From Reclinomonas americana ATCC 50394 (lineage: Eukaryota), in assembly GCA_048213135.1 (NCBI GenBank), contig PS015141.1, positions 1 through 45,495 of the forward strand: a stretch of 45,495 bases of DNA. Reading direction: 5' to 3'. Of the stretch, positions 12,901 to 24,714 are shown one piece after another. The notes under the pieces are model-generated. The model saw nothing but the letters and a program-made list of their open reading frames with translations, was not told where the DNA came from and did no database searches. The stretch's first letter is position 1, and the number at the start of each line of letters is the position of its first letter. The translations under genes and the position numbers were made by a program.

Positions 12901-15900
12901 NNNNNNNNNNNNNNNNNNNNNNNNNNNNNNNNNNNNNNNNNNNNNNNNNNNNNNNNNNNNNNNNNNNNNNNNNNNNNNNNNNNNNNNNNNNNNNNNNNNN
13001 NNGGGGAGAGAGAGGGGGAGTGAAAGGGGAGAGAGAGGGGGAGTGAAAGGGGAGAGTGATGGGGGGAGTGAAAGGGGGGAGTGATGGGGGGAGTGAAAGG
13101 GGGAGTGAATGGAGGAGCAAAGAGGACGAAAGAAAAAGTGGGGAAAAAGGGGGAGCGAAAGGCGCGCCGCAAGCAACACGAGCCCCAAATCGAGGAGAAG
13201 CAGGATACAAAAGGTGATCAAAGAGGAGCTCACAAGCAAGGGAATCAGACAGGCGAGCAGCACAGTTCTCTTGTTTTTCACGCACCCTATCACGCGTGAC
13301 ACCCGATTGCAAAATGCGCACGGTGCCAGTGGTGCCCGGGTCGGTGGTGGCCGGTGGAGAGCCTCGTGGCTGCAAGAAGGTGGCGTCTCGCGTGAGTGAA
13401 CAATAAAGACGCGAAGAGCAATTACAGTAGCACGCAACTGGGGACGCGCGTCGACGGAGCGGTGACATGTCAGAGTCCGATGACAGCGGTGGCGGGGAAA
13501 TGTCTTGTTGCTGGATGCCCTTGTTGCGGCGACCGCGAGCACGTCGAGAAGTCTTCCTGTCGCCGGGTGGCGGCGATTCGGAGCTCTCCTGCGGCTGATG
13601 GTGAGTCGCAGAGCAAAAAAAAAAAATCATTCAAAGCCACACACGCGCAACTCGTGACTGCGGAGTGCGGCGACCGCGCCGACGTCCGCCACCCGGTGAC
13701 GGGCGGTACTCGTCACCAGGCTCAGGAGAGGGGAGCGCAAACGGACTGTCAAAGTCGCCGTACGCCGTGCCCTGTGCGTATCGGCGATGGCGGTCGATGC
13801 TGGCCTCGGATCGGGGCGTCGGTGAGCCGCGCCGTGAGGGCGTCTGCACCAGCTCCAGCTCCAGCGACTGCAAATGCGCAATCTCCTTGCGCACTCGCCG
13901 AATCTGTCGCAGGCGCGTGGCTTGCGCCGCCAGCAGGTCCTCGAATTCGGTGGAGCCGCCGGAGAACTCGTCGTCGTCTTCGCCGTCGCCACTCGCCGGC
14001 CGCACGCGAATGCCCGAGGCCATCAGCGACTCGATCTGCGGTGAGGGTAAGGGGATGAGCGGAGAGAGAAAGAAGTGATAAACGAGAACAAGACGCACCT
14101 GCTCGTGCTGGTTGACCAGGTGCTTTTCCTCGGCTTCGAGCTTGCGAAGTCGATCGCGAATGTTGCGCTTCTGGCGCTCAATCTGCGGGAATGGAAGATG
14201 CGAAAGTGAGCGACGAGAGTGGGGGGAGCGAGAGTGGGGGAACGAGAGTGGGGGAGAGAGAGAGAGAGAGAAAGGCGGAGAACGAGAGTGGGGGAGAACG
14301 AGAGTGGGGGAAACGAGAGTGGGGGACACGAGAGTGGGGGAAACGAGAGCGGGGGAAACGAGAGTGGGGGAGAACGACAGTGGGGGAGAACGACAGTGGG
14401 GGAGAACGAGAGTGGGGGAGAACGAGAGTGGGAGGAACTAGAGACGAGAGTGGGGGAAACGAGAGTGCGGTGAACGAGAGTGCGGTGAACGAGAGTGCGG
14501 TGAACGAGAGTGCGGTGAACGAGAGTGGGGAGAGCGAGTGTGGGGGAAACGAGTGTGGGGGAAACGAGAGTGGGGAAACGAGAGTGCGGTGAACGAGAGT
14601 GCGGTGAACGAGAGTGCGGTGAACGAGAGCGCGGAGAACGAGAGTGCGGAGAACGAGAGCGCGGAGAACGACAGTGGCCAAAAGACAGAGAGCAACAAGA
14701 GTGCGAAACCAAAGTCGGAAAAAGAGTGGGAACGTATAAGATCGAAATAAATGAGAATGTGGGAAAGAGTAAAGGAACACCAGTGATTAAAAGACAGGGA
14801 GAAACTAAAGGGGAAAATAAAGAAGGGAAACGTGCATGCCACGGGGGAGAACAAGAGCAGCAGAAAAGAGTGTAAAAAACGAGAAGTTGGGCAGAGTCTC
14901 GATATTTCCCTCCCCCCTCATCCCCTTCCCCCTCTGCCCCTCTCCCCTTTCCTCTCCCCCTTTCCCCCTTTACCCTTCCCCTTCCCCCCATCCCTTCCAC
15001 CCTTCCCCCCATCCCTTCCACCCTTCCCCCCGACATACCTCCTCCTGCGCCCTCCGCCGCTCCTCCTCATCCAACCGATACGAGTCGGCGCGAGCCGCAG
15101 CCGCCGCCAGCACCCTCTGCGCGGCCAACCGACGAGCCGACGGGTGCTGGTCCTGCTCCTCGTCCTCGTCGTCGACCGACAAATCATCGGCGCCGGCCAC
15201 CACCCGCGCATCGTCGCTCGTGGCCTCCACCGGCGCCGCCATGTAGCCCTCAATGAGCACCGCCTCACGCATCATGCGCTGGCGAGCACGCTCATCACGC
15301 GCGGCCTCCGCGTCTCCAAAGAACCACCGAAACGCCATGGAAAACAGCAGCGCAACCATGCCCGGCCCCGGCGACATGTACGTCAGCTCGTTGCGATCTG
15401 AGCATGAGACAGCAACACATAAAAAAACATACTGGATCAGACACACACACACACGCATGGAACAGCACAGCAATGGATCTACATAGCACCGATGCACGCT
15501 ACACAACGCGATGACGGTCGCGCGTGAGATGACGATTCTCTCTCACAATCGCGCGTGAGATATCGGAATATTTCGTCATGACACTCGCTGATGCACACTC
15601 TCTCTCTCTCACTTTCTCAGTCGCTCTTTGTCGCTCTGTGTGTAAGAGTGTGTGCGTGTGCTCGACGCAACTGTCATCCAAAAACAAGACATCGGCCACT
15701 CGCTCCGTCGCGCCTCCCGCCACCTGCGCACGCACAACGCCCGCTCTTCTCCTCCCCCTCTGCTGCTGCGACTGCGACTGCTGCTGCCGCCCACGCCCAC
15801 TGGTCGACATCGACGCCGGCGATCGATGCTCCTCCTCGTCCTCCTCCTCCTCATCATCATCATGGATGCGACGTTGCGGCGGCGGCGGGGAACGATCGCG

Positions 15901-16152
15901 GCGTCCTGTTCCTCCGCCACCGCTGCGGTGTTGCTGACGTCGACTGTCACGCACGGTCTGCGTGACGGCGGTGGCGACCGTGGCCGTGGAGGCGCCAACC
16001 GATCGCCGTCCACTATTCGGCGACGATCGACGAGGCGGCGCCGGCGCAGGTAATAACACGCCTGCGTTTGGTTGATTGGTTAGCGTGTGGGCAATGAGAG
16101 AGCGTGCGCTGCGGTGCTGCAAACCGTCGTCGAGGGCCCGGCGACGCGACAT
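9999..16152 (-). CDS. Large low-complexity Pro/Arg/Ser-rich protein with coiled-coil segments; exons ~16152-15672, 15397-15039, 14182-14099, 14035-13652, 13588-13439, 13369-13322, 12461-12199, 12131-11903, 11844-11700, 11068-9999
   Basis: Ten exons join in frame. Coiled coil EEERRRAQEE/IERQKRNIRDRLRKLEAEEKHL; short hydrophobic patch MVALLFSMAFRWFFG. An assembly gap lies in one intron. Confidence 0.75.
14215..14675. repeat. Intronic 15-16 bp minisatellite (AACGAGAGTGGGGGA / AACGAGAGTGCGGTG)
   Basis: Directly visible tandem array. Confidence 0.9.
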
Positions 16153-16390
16153 GTCCGATCTACGTTCTCGTTGCACCAACACACGCGCAAAGTCTTCGGA
16201 CGATTTTTTTGCTTCCTCGCTCGCGCTGTGTGAAATACGTTCGCTTGCGCACTCGGCTTGTGCGCTCACACTGTGTCGCTGTGTGTGTGCGTGTGCGTGT
16301 GTTGTGAAGATGGAGGAGTGCAGACGCACGCACGCGAGCAAGAGAGCCGGCCATTCGTCGGAGAAACAGGAAAAAACGCGCCAAAATATT

Positions 16391-18765
16391 TCACTTTTCC
16401 TGTGGTCGTTCTGCTTCTTGCGGCGTCTTTTGTTGTTGGGCTTGGGCTTTGCGGCGCGAGGCGTTGGTGATGCCGGCGACAAAGCCGGTTTTCTCCTTCT
16501 TTTCTTGGTCGATGAGGATGCTGCGCTTGGTGATGTCGGTGCGGCCGAAGCCCATAGTGTCGAGCGGGGCCTTGGCCATCAGGCCGCTAAAAGGGAAAGG
16601 GGTATGAGGGGTATGAGGAGAAGGGGGGAGGGGGGAAGTGGGAAGATGGAAGGGGGATGAGGTAAGAAAGGGGTAAGAGGAAAGGGGGAGGGAAAAGGAA
16701 AGGGAGGATGGAAGGGGGGAGATGGAAGGGGGGAAGGAGGAAGTGGGCAAGGGAGGATGAATTTCAAGGCGAGATGCACAAAGAAACAGGAGATGCATTC
16801 AGGGAGACAACACGTGTTACAATCGGTGCACTCGAGGAGGCAAAACACGAGGCATGAAGAGGCTGAACAAGACGACTGGAAGGGAGGAATGGAAAAGGCA
16901 CGGAGTGATAAAGGTCGAGCAAGACAAGGCGCACAATGCGATGGACATTGATTCATCAAAGACAGGAGGATGAATATCAAGACGAGATGCACAAAGAGAT
17001 GCATGCAGGGAGACAACACGTGTTACAAAGGGTGCACTCGACGAGGCAAGACAGGAGGCATACTGAGGCTGAACAAGACGACGGGCACGGCGGTGGAGGA
17101 TGTGCTCAACGAGGAATGGAAAAGGCACAAGAGTAATAAAGGTCGAGTAAGACAAGGCGCACAATGCGATGGATCACAAGATAATCGGGCAGTGCGTGGA
17201 CGCAGAGTGCAGCAAAGCATGACGAGATGCAGATGGTGAAGAGCGCGATGGATGAACTTAAACACGAAGCACAGCACAGCTGAGAAGACGACAAATTGCG
17301 ATGCGACACTGACTTGGTGAATGGAGAATGGTGCAAGGAGAATAGCAGAGCGTCGTGACTCAAGGCAAGAGGCTCAGCCAGTGATATGAACACAAGAGCA
17401 AAGCGTGATGGAGAATGCATTCGACGAGGTAAGGCATGACGCGCGGACCACGATGTGTGATGCAAAGAGTACAGTGCAACAGAGGACGCACTGCTCTAGA
17501 AAGAGGTGCCGAGCTGTCGAAGAACAGCCCAGGATGAACAAAGCACTGAGGCAAGACGAGGACGACAAGAGCAATGCGTGATGGAGAATGCATTCGATGA
17601 GGGAAGGCATGAAGCGCGGACCACGATGTGTGATGCAAAGAGCACTGCTCTAGCAAGAGAGGTGTCGAGCTGTCGAAGAACAGCCCAGGATGTAACCAGG
17701 GAGTGAGTGGGAGAGAGAGAGAAAAAAGAATGATAGAAAGAAAGAAAGAAAGAGAGAGAGAGAAAGAGCACAGCACCGAAAGCAACGCGAAGAGCACGGC
17801 ATCTCTCTTATCTCCCTCCTTTCCCATTATGCCCTTCTCCTTCCCCGATCCTACTCACCGCTCCATCCGACACTGCAGATACGCCGCATACTGCTCCCGG
17901 CAATGCGAGCTGACATTGTTGTGCGCCTCCAGGCACTCCACCACAGCCTTCATAAAGTTCTTGCACTCGCCCAGGTGATCGAGTGGGAATGAGCCGCGCT
18001 CCGGGGGTTTGGGAGGGCCTGGTGGGGAACGGGAAGGGTGAGGGAAGGGGAAGGGGAAGGGAGAGGGAAGGGGAAGGGAAGGGAGATGGAGAGGGAAGGG
18101 GAGGAGGGAAGGGGAGAGGGAGGGAGGGAGGAGGGAGGGGAAGAGGGAAGGGGAGAGGGAAGGGAGATGGAGAGGGAAGGGGAGAAGGGAGTGGGGGAGT
18201 GGGGGAGTGAGTGCGTGCTGCTGCTGCGTTGCTACCCCTCGCGCTTTTCTTCTCTCTCTCTTTCTCTTTCTCTCTCTCTCTATTTCTTTCTCTCTCTCTC
18301 TCTTTCCTTCCACAAACACGAAAGAACGCGCCTGCACAGAGAGAAAGAGAGAGGGAGAGAGAGAGAGGAAGGAAGTGAGTGTATCTTTCACATTCTCTCA
18401 TCCTCCCTCTCTGTCTTTCACACACACACATTCTCTCTTTCTCTCGCACGATGTCTCTCTATTCTCCCACATACATACAAACGCACAAACGCGAGAGGGG
18501 CAATGCACACAGACAGAGGGAGACAGAGAGTGACAACGAGAGTAATTCTGATGCTTCGTTGCTCCCTCTTTCACACTCTCCTGCACTCCCCCTCTCCCTC
18601 CTTCTCCCACACACACCCCAACACACCTGCACTCAAACGCGACCCATAGTTCATTGTGTGTGTGTGTGTGTTATGTGTGTAAATCGTACACGCCAATTTG
18701 CGAGCAACTTCCCTTGGCGCCAACTCACTGCGTTTCCTTCTTTCAGTTTGCGTCGAGGCACTCAT
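16391..18765 (-). CDS. COX19: Cytochrome c oxidase assembly protein COX19 (twin CX9C), 3 exons: 18765-18729, 18018-17859, 16586-16391
   Basis: Spliced MSASTQTERRKRSPPKPPERGSFPLDHLGECKNFMKAVVECLEAHNNVSSHCREQYAAYLQCRMERGLMAKAPLDTMGF contains the hallmark PP.RGSFPLDH.GEC, CX9C-X10-CX9C and CRM.RGLMA motifs. Confidence 0.95.
16750..17695. repeat. Two diverged tandem duplications (~210 bp and ~175 bp) inside COX19 intron 2
   Basis: ~16752-16945 resembles ~16965-17175; ~17390-17535 resembles ~17565-17690. Confidence 0.75.
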
Positions 18766-18886
18766 TCGCGCACGTCTGCTGCCTTTTTCCTCTCTTCTTC
18801 TCCTTTCTGTGCCACTGGGCGCTCTCTCTGTGGTGGACGACGCAGCCGTGTAGTGCGTGCGTTGGGTCCATTTTGAGACCAGGAGG

Positions 18887-21800
18887 ATGGATTCGTGGCT
18901 CGTGGATGTCTCGCAAGATTCTGCGCATCGAGATGATGGTTTGTTTTGAGAGGGAGTGTGTGTGTGTCTCTGTGCTTGTATGAGAGAGAGAGCGCGCGAG
19001 AGGAGTTGCCAACGCAGAATCACTGATGCAAAGCACTCATTTCAATGAGAACGCACACTACAGAAGTTGTGGTTTTCGCACACTGTCACTCCTGCACTCT
19101 TTTTATGCAGAGGCTATGTAGTGTGTGTTCACTTGCTTGGCGTGTTCTTTGCGTCGGGTGGGCGGGTGGCAACTCGACATGTCCACCCGCGCGAACTGCT
19201 CTTCTTCCGCCGGAGTTGTTTGATTTGCCATCTCCTTTCGCGCTTGCCTCCATGCGTTTCCCGCGCTCCCTTCTTTCCCTCCCTCCCTCTTTGTGTGTCT
19301 CTCCGCCTCGTGTGCTCTCTCACACTTTGAATCTCTTGTTCGTTTTTATTCCTTCTCCCAGCTCCTTGTATGCACGCGCACGTGTGTATCTCTTCATTTA
19401 TCTCGCTGACCATCGGCACTCCCCCTTCCACTCGTGTTTGTTTTTATGGCAATGATTCAATCCACGTTACGCAAACCACCAATTTCACTCACTCTTTTTA
19501 TTTGTTGCACAGATGGCCGCCATCATCATCACCACGGATTCCTGCACGGCGCGCTCGGATTGCATCACCACGACTCGCACAGCGGCATGGTGATGCCGTC
19601 GTCGCCGAGCACGTGTGAGGGACTGGCGTCGTTCTTCCCCTCGTCGCCGACCATGCACGGTGACGGTGGTGCGCCGCCGTCGCTCACCTCGCCCCTCCTG
19701 CTGGCGCGCGGCTCGTCGGCCTTCCAGCCGCCCGTGCTCACACTGCCTCCACCACCACCGCCACCACCGGCGCTACCTGTATCCTCATTACCTCCGCCAC
19801 CACCGCCTCCGCCACCGCCCTCCATGTTCCCCATGTCGGTCATGTCCATGGCGGTGCCGTTCGCGGTGGAGGCACCGCCACCGCCGCCACCAATCATGCC
19901 GCCACCATTTCCGGTGTCCATGGTGTCACCGAGCGGCGGCGTGCCACCGGTGGACTACCTCGATCTGCTGTCGCGCGAGGTGCTGGCGCACCTGCAACAC
20001 GATCCGTCCAACCTTCAGCAGCTGGTGGGTCACGTGGCGCAGCGCTTCGTCGCCGACCCATCCGCCAAGTCCGAGCTGGCCGGCGAGTTGATGCGCTGCA
20101 TGCAGACGGGGAAGCGCGGTCCGCGCAACCCCGCCACCCCTGCCCGCCAGCGAGCCGCACGACGGAGGCCAGCACCGCCGCCACTTCCCCCACCACTGCC
20201 ACCGCCATATCTGTCGTCCGCATTCCTGCCGGAACCGCCACCACTGCCGTCATCGCTTTCCATGGAGCCTCCACCACCACTGCCGCCACCACCACCACCA
20301 TCATCATCGCCCCACGACGACATGCACACGCGGCGGCAGCAGGCACGGGCGACTGAGGACGTCGACTTGAGTCTGATCGAGGCGTCGGTCGTCGTCGCAC
20401 CGGCGCCGGAGCCGTCGCCAGCCGAGCTGGAGCAGGTGCGAGCGGCCGAGGCGAAAGTGGCGTCGCTGCTGGGCACGCGCAACAAGCTGCGGCAGAGTTT
20501 GCGCGAGTGCCTGCGTGACATGCTGCTGGGGAGTGCGCCATCGAGCGGCATGACACTGCACATTTTTCCGTTTGCGGATGAGGATGAGCTGGAGAATATG
20601 GTGCGGCATATGGCGGGGATTCCGGTGCAGGTGCCGCTGCATCGGGTGGAGGGGGCGGTGGGGTTGTTGAAAAAGGTGATGTTGGGGAAGGGGGGGCAGA
20701 GGGGAAGGCGGAAAGGGGAAGGGGGATTAGAGGGGAAGAGGGCTCAGCAGAAAGAGGACTGGAATGCAATAAGATGATTGCGTTTATGCATATAAAGTTA
20801 TGTAGCGGGAGTTTGAATGCTGAATAGAGGAGATAGCGAGTTGAGTTTTCAAGTTGCAGTTGTCGCTGTGAACTCTCAGACTGTTTCTGGAGTAATCATT
20901 CAGCACTCGTGTTCTAAGGTGGCACTGGATGATCGTGTGATGCGGTTAGGTTCTATCATGTTGCAGTTGTCGCAATTGTAACCAGTCCGCAGTGCGTAGA
21001 CAGAGCAGGTAGAGCGTGTGTAGAAAATGCAGCACAGATAACGCAAGATGAATGTGTTGTCAGCTGTCATCGGTTATCGCTGTTGTAATCAGTCAGCAAT
21101 GCGAGTGGCACAAGGAAGGCAAGACGCTGCAGGTTGAGCAAGTGAAGAGGATGCAGTACTGAGAAGGGTAGGCAACTATGAATGTGTTGTCAGCTGTCAT
21201 CCACGTGCAGTTGTCGAAGTTGTAGCCAGTCAGTATTACGTGCGGCACAAGGGAGAAGGTAGTTTGCTTGCACCGTACTCGAGGACTATTGCAGTTGTAG
21301 CACGTCAGCATTGCAACGCAGATGATAGTGTGAAGAGGATGTTGTGTAGAGGAGAGTTTTCGGTGCAGTTGTCGCAGTGGTAGTCAGTCAGCAGTGCGAG
21401 TGGAACAAAGAAGGCAAGACTGTTGAGCGAGTGAGTAGGATCAGTGGTGACAGTGCGCCTGCCACACTCCTCCTTTCCCCTTCATGTCTCACTCATCTGC
21501 TTCTTGGCTGCAGGCCAACGACGTCCTTGGCCTCTTGCGTCGGCAGGCCGCCCGCTCATACGTACCACCACCGGCCGACTGCACCGAGGCGGTGTTGGTC
21601 AAGCACGCACACCAGGCGGCACTCGACATTTGCAGTGCGCTCGGAGCTCCGTGGGGTGCCGTCGGACTGGCGCATGTTGGGCGACCGCTGCAGACATTTG
21701 TGCTGCGCTTCGTTGCGTCGTCACCCACTGGCGATGCTGTGAGTATCCGCACTCATCCCTCTCCCACGAAAATGCAGACCAACATTGCCTTCCAGCGGCA

Positions 21801-22502
21801 CGCTGCCGCCGAGTTGGCGGTGAAGAAGAACACCAATGTGCTCACACTGTTCTTCATGTATTTCGCCAACTTTGCCTCGGCTGGTTTGAAGAAGCTAATG
21901 TCGGTGAGTGAGCGCAGTGGTGCTTGCTCTGTTGCACCAGTGGCACTCATCCTCTGCTGCAGCGGGCCACCAATGGGACTCTGAAACGCAAGAGTCAACC
22001 GCAATCGACGACAACTGCAACCTCAGCTGCTGCTGCTGATGGTGACGCCGAGTCGGAGGGTGAGGAGGAGGCAGTGGAGGCTGCACATCGCCACCTTGCT
22101 GCGCCGGCAGTGGAGACGCTCGTGCAGAGTCCTGTGCACATGCAGCGTGGTCGGCGGGCGAGTGGATCGAGCAAGTCGCCAGTGTCGGTGTCGGGCAGTC
22201 CACTGTCGATGGTAATGCAGATAATGAGGAAGGGAGATAGAAAGCATTGCCTTCAGCCACATGCTAATCACCATTCCCGTGATTGTGAACAGCCGGTGAC
22301 AATGGAGCGACAAGTGACGGCCAACATGTCGCCGTCGTCTCTGTTCCCGGCGGATGCCGAGAGCAGTGGGCGTCGCCGACCGCGAACCGAAGGTGAAGGA
22401 GAGGAGGAGATGGGAGAGAAGGAGGTGGTGGATGACGAGGATGAGCCGCTGCGGAAGAGGCCAAGGGTAGGGGAGGAGTCCAGTGTGAACTGCAGTCCGT
22501 GA
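18887..22502 (+). CDS. Proline-rich hypothetical protein, possibly nuclear; exons 18887-18938, 19513-20675, 21514-21738, 21778-21903, 21963-22211, 22293-22502
   Basis: Phase-compatible exons; poly-His and poly-Pro tracts, a helical globular mid region and NLS-like LKRK and LRKRPR. Confidence 0.72.
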
Positions 22503-22599
22503 ATGTGTGTGGGTAAAGAGGTGATAATGTTGCGATCAGACTCGGGGAATGGGAAAAATGAGCACAATGGAGGAGGCGATGGAGGAAACTGCGTACAAC

Positions 22600-24123
22600 A
22601 ACAACAATAACTTTTACCAATCCAAACAGCAATGCGCAACATAGCTGCATGATGATCACCAACAACAACAATTCATTCACCAACAAACAAGCAACAGCTG
22701 TCTTGATGACCAAGTTCAACCGCATCAATAAGAAGTGCGACAACTGCAGGGGCACTTTGGTTGGGTGTGCGCCGTCGCTGTCGCTCCCGACGGGCAGCAC
22801 GTTGTGAGCGAGTGTAGTTACCGGCGGATAGGAAAAAAGTGCTCCTACTGGACAGAATTGAGAAAACCAAGAACAACAACTTTACTAATCCAAACAGCAA
22901 CACAGCTGCATGATGANNNNNNNNNNNNNNNNNNNNNNNNNNNNNNNNNNNNNNNNNNNNNNNNNNNNNNNNNNNNNNNNNNNNNNNNNNNNNNNNNNNN
23001 NNNNNNNNNNNNNNNNNNNNNNNNNNNNNNNNNNNNNNNNNNNNNNNNNNNNNNNNNNNNNNNNNNNNNNNNNNNNNNNNNNNNNNNNNNNNNNNNNNNN
23101 NNNNNNNNNNNNNNNNNNNNNNNNNNNNNNNNNNNNNNNNNNNNNNNNNNNNNNNNNNNNNNNNNNNNNNNNNNNNNNNNNNNNNNNNNNNNNNNNNNNN
23201 NNNNNNNNNNNNNNNNNNNNNNNNNNNNNNNNNNNNNNNNNNNNNNNNNNNNNNNNNNNNNNNNNNNNNNNNNNNNNNNNNNNNNNNNNNNNNNNNNNNN
23301 NNNNNNNNNNNNNNNNNNNNNNNNNNNNNNNNNNNNNNNNNNNNNNNNNNNNNNNNNNNNNNNNNNNNNNNNNNNNNNNNNNNNNNNNNNNNNNNNNNNN
23401 NNNNNNNNNNNNNNNNNNNNNNNNNNNNNNNNNNNNNNNNNNNNNNNNNNNNNNNNNNNNNNNNNNNNNNNNNNNNNNNNNNNNNNNNNNNNNNNNNNNN
23501 NNNNNNNNNNNNNNNNNNNNNNNNNNNNNNNNNNNNNNNNNNNNNNNNNNNNNNNNNNNNNNNNNNNNNNNNNNNNNNNNNNNNNNNNNNNNNNNNNNNN
23601 NNNNNNNNNNNNNNNNNNNNNNNNNNNNNNNNNNNNNNNNNNNNNNNNNNNNNNNNNNNNNNNNNNNNNNNNNNNNNNNNNNNNNNNNNNNNNNNNNNNN
23701 NNNNNNNNNNNNNNNNNNNNNNNNNNNNNNNNNNNNNNNNNNNNNNNNNNNNNNNNNNNNNNNNNNNNNNNNNNNNNNNNNNNNNNNNNNNNNNNNNNNN
23801 NNNNNNNNNNNNNNNNNNNNNNNNNNNNNNNNNNNNNNNNNNNNNNNNNNNNNNNNNNGTCGAGATGGCTAATGCTAGCACAACAAACCACTGCTAGCGC
23901 TTTGCCTGCTTCACGGATCCGGACCCGGCTTTGCTTTGTTTGCTTGGCTCATGACCTTTTCCCGAATTCTGAAGATCGCAGTTCTTTACTTGTTCGAAGC
24001 TCCGAGAGCGAGCACATAAACACGGAACCTGCTGCTGCCTCAAGATTGGTGTCTGTGTTGATGTTTCCGGATATGGTTGAACTTGGTCATCAAGACAGCT
24101 GTTGCTTTGTTTGTTAGTGAATG
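22600..24123. mobile_element. Repeat cluster with direct and inverted copies around an assembly gap; possible non-autonomous element
   Basis: 22603-22655 is directly repeated at 22872-22916. 22674-22721 is near-identical to the reverse complement of ~24075-24123. Confidence 0.4.
22735..22830 (+). pseudogene. Isolated degenerate WD40 repeat fragment
   Basis: VRQLQGHFGWVCAVAVAPDGQHVVSECSYRRI matches the WD40 pattern L.GH..WV.AVAV.PDG..VVS.S.D.TI. It lies between repeat copies next to a gap. Confidence 0.6.
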
Positions 24124-24714
24124 GAATGCGGCTGCTGTGTAAACGGCAACACTTCTGCATCCTCCTCTTGGATCTCAGAGTCTTCCTCTGCATTTCTTGG
24201 CCAAAAGGCTGGAATCCGCAGCTGCAACGATTGCGAATGCAAACTTCTCCACGTATTCCGGACCTGAACTCGCGATCATCATCTAGTGCTGTTTCAGTGC
24301 CTACCCCTCTCGTTTGCTGGCTTGCCGCCGTCGACGTCGCGACGTCCGACCCCAAATTCCACCGTCCAGTTGGTCGGCGAACGCATCATTGCATGCATGA
24401 GAAGGGGGCGCGACGACAGTGAGCCTCCCGTGTCTGCACCCACTCGCCGCTTCTCACCTGACCGACCATATCAGTTTCGTGCTCGGGTTCTTGCTAGCTC
24501 GCACTTGCACACTAACGCATTCTTCCTCATTCTCTCTCTCTCTCTCTCTCTCTNNNNNNNNNNNNNNNNNNNNNNNNNNNNNNNNNNNNNNNNNNNNNNN
24601 NNNNNNNNNNNNNNNNNCCTCCTCCTCCTCCTCCTCCCCCTCCTCCCCCTCCTCTTCCTCCCCCTCCTTTCCTCCTCTCTTCTCCTCATCCTCCTCCTCC
24701 GTCCCCCTCTTCAG

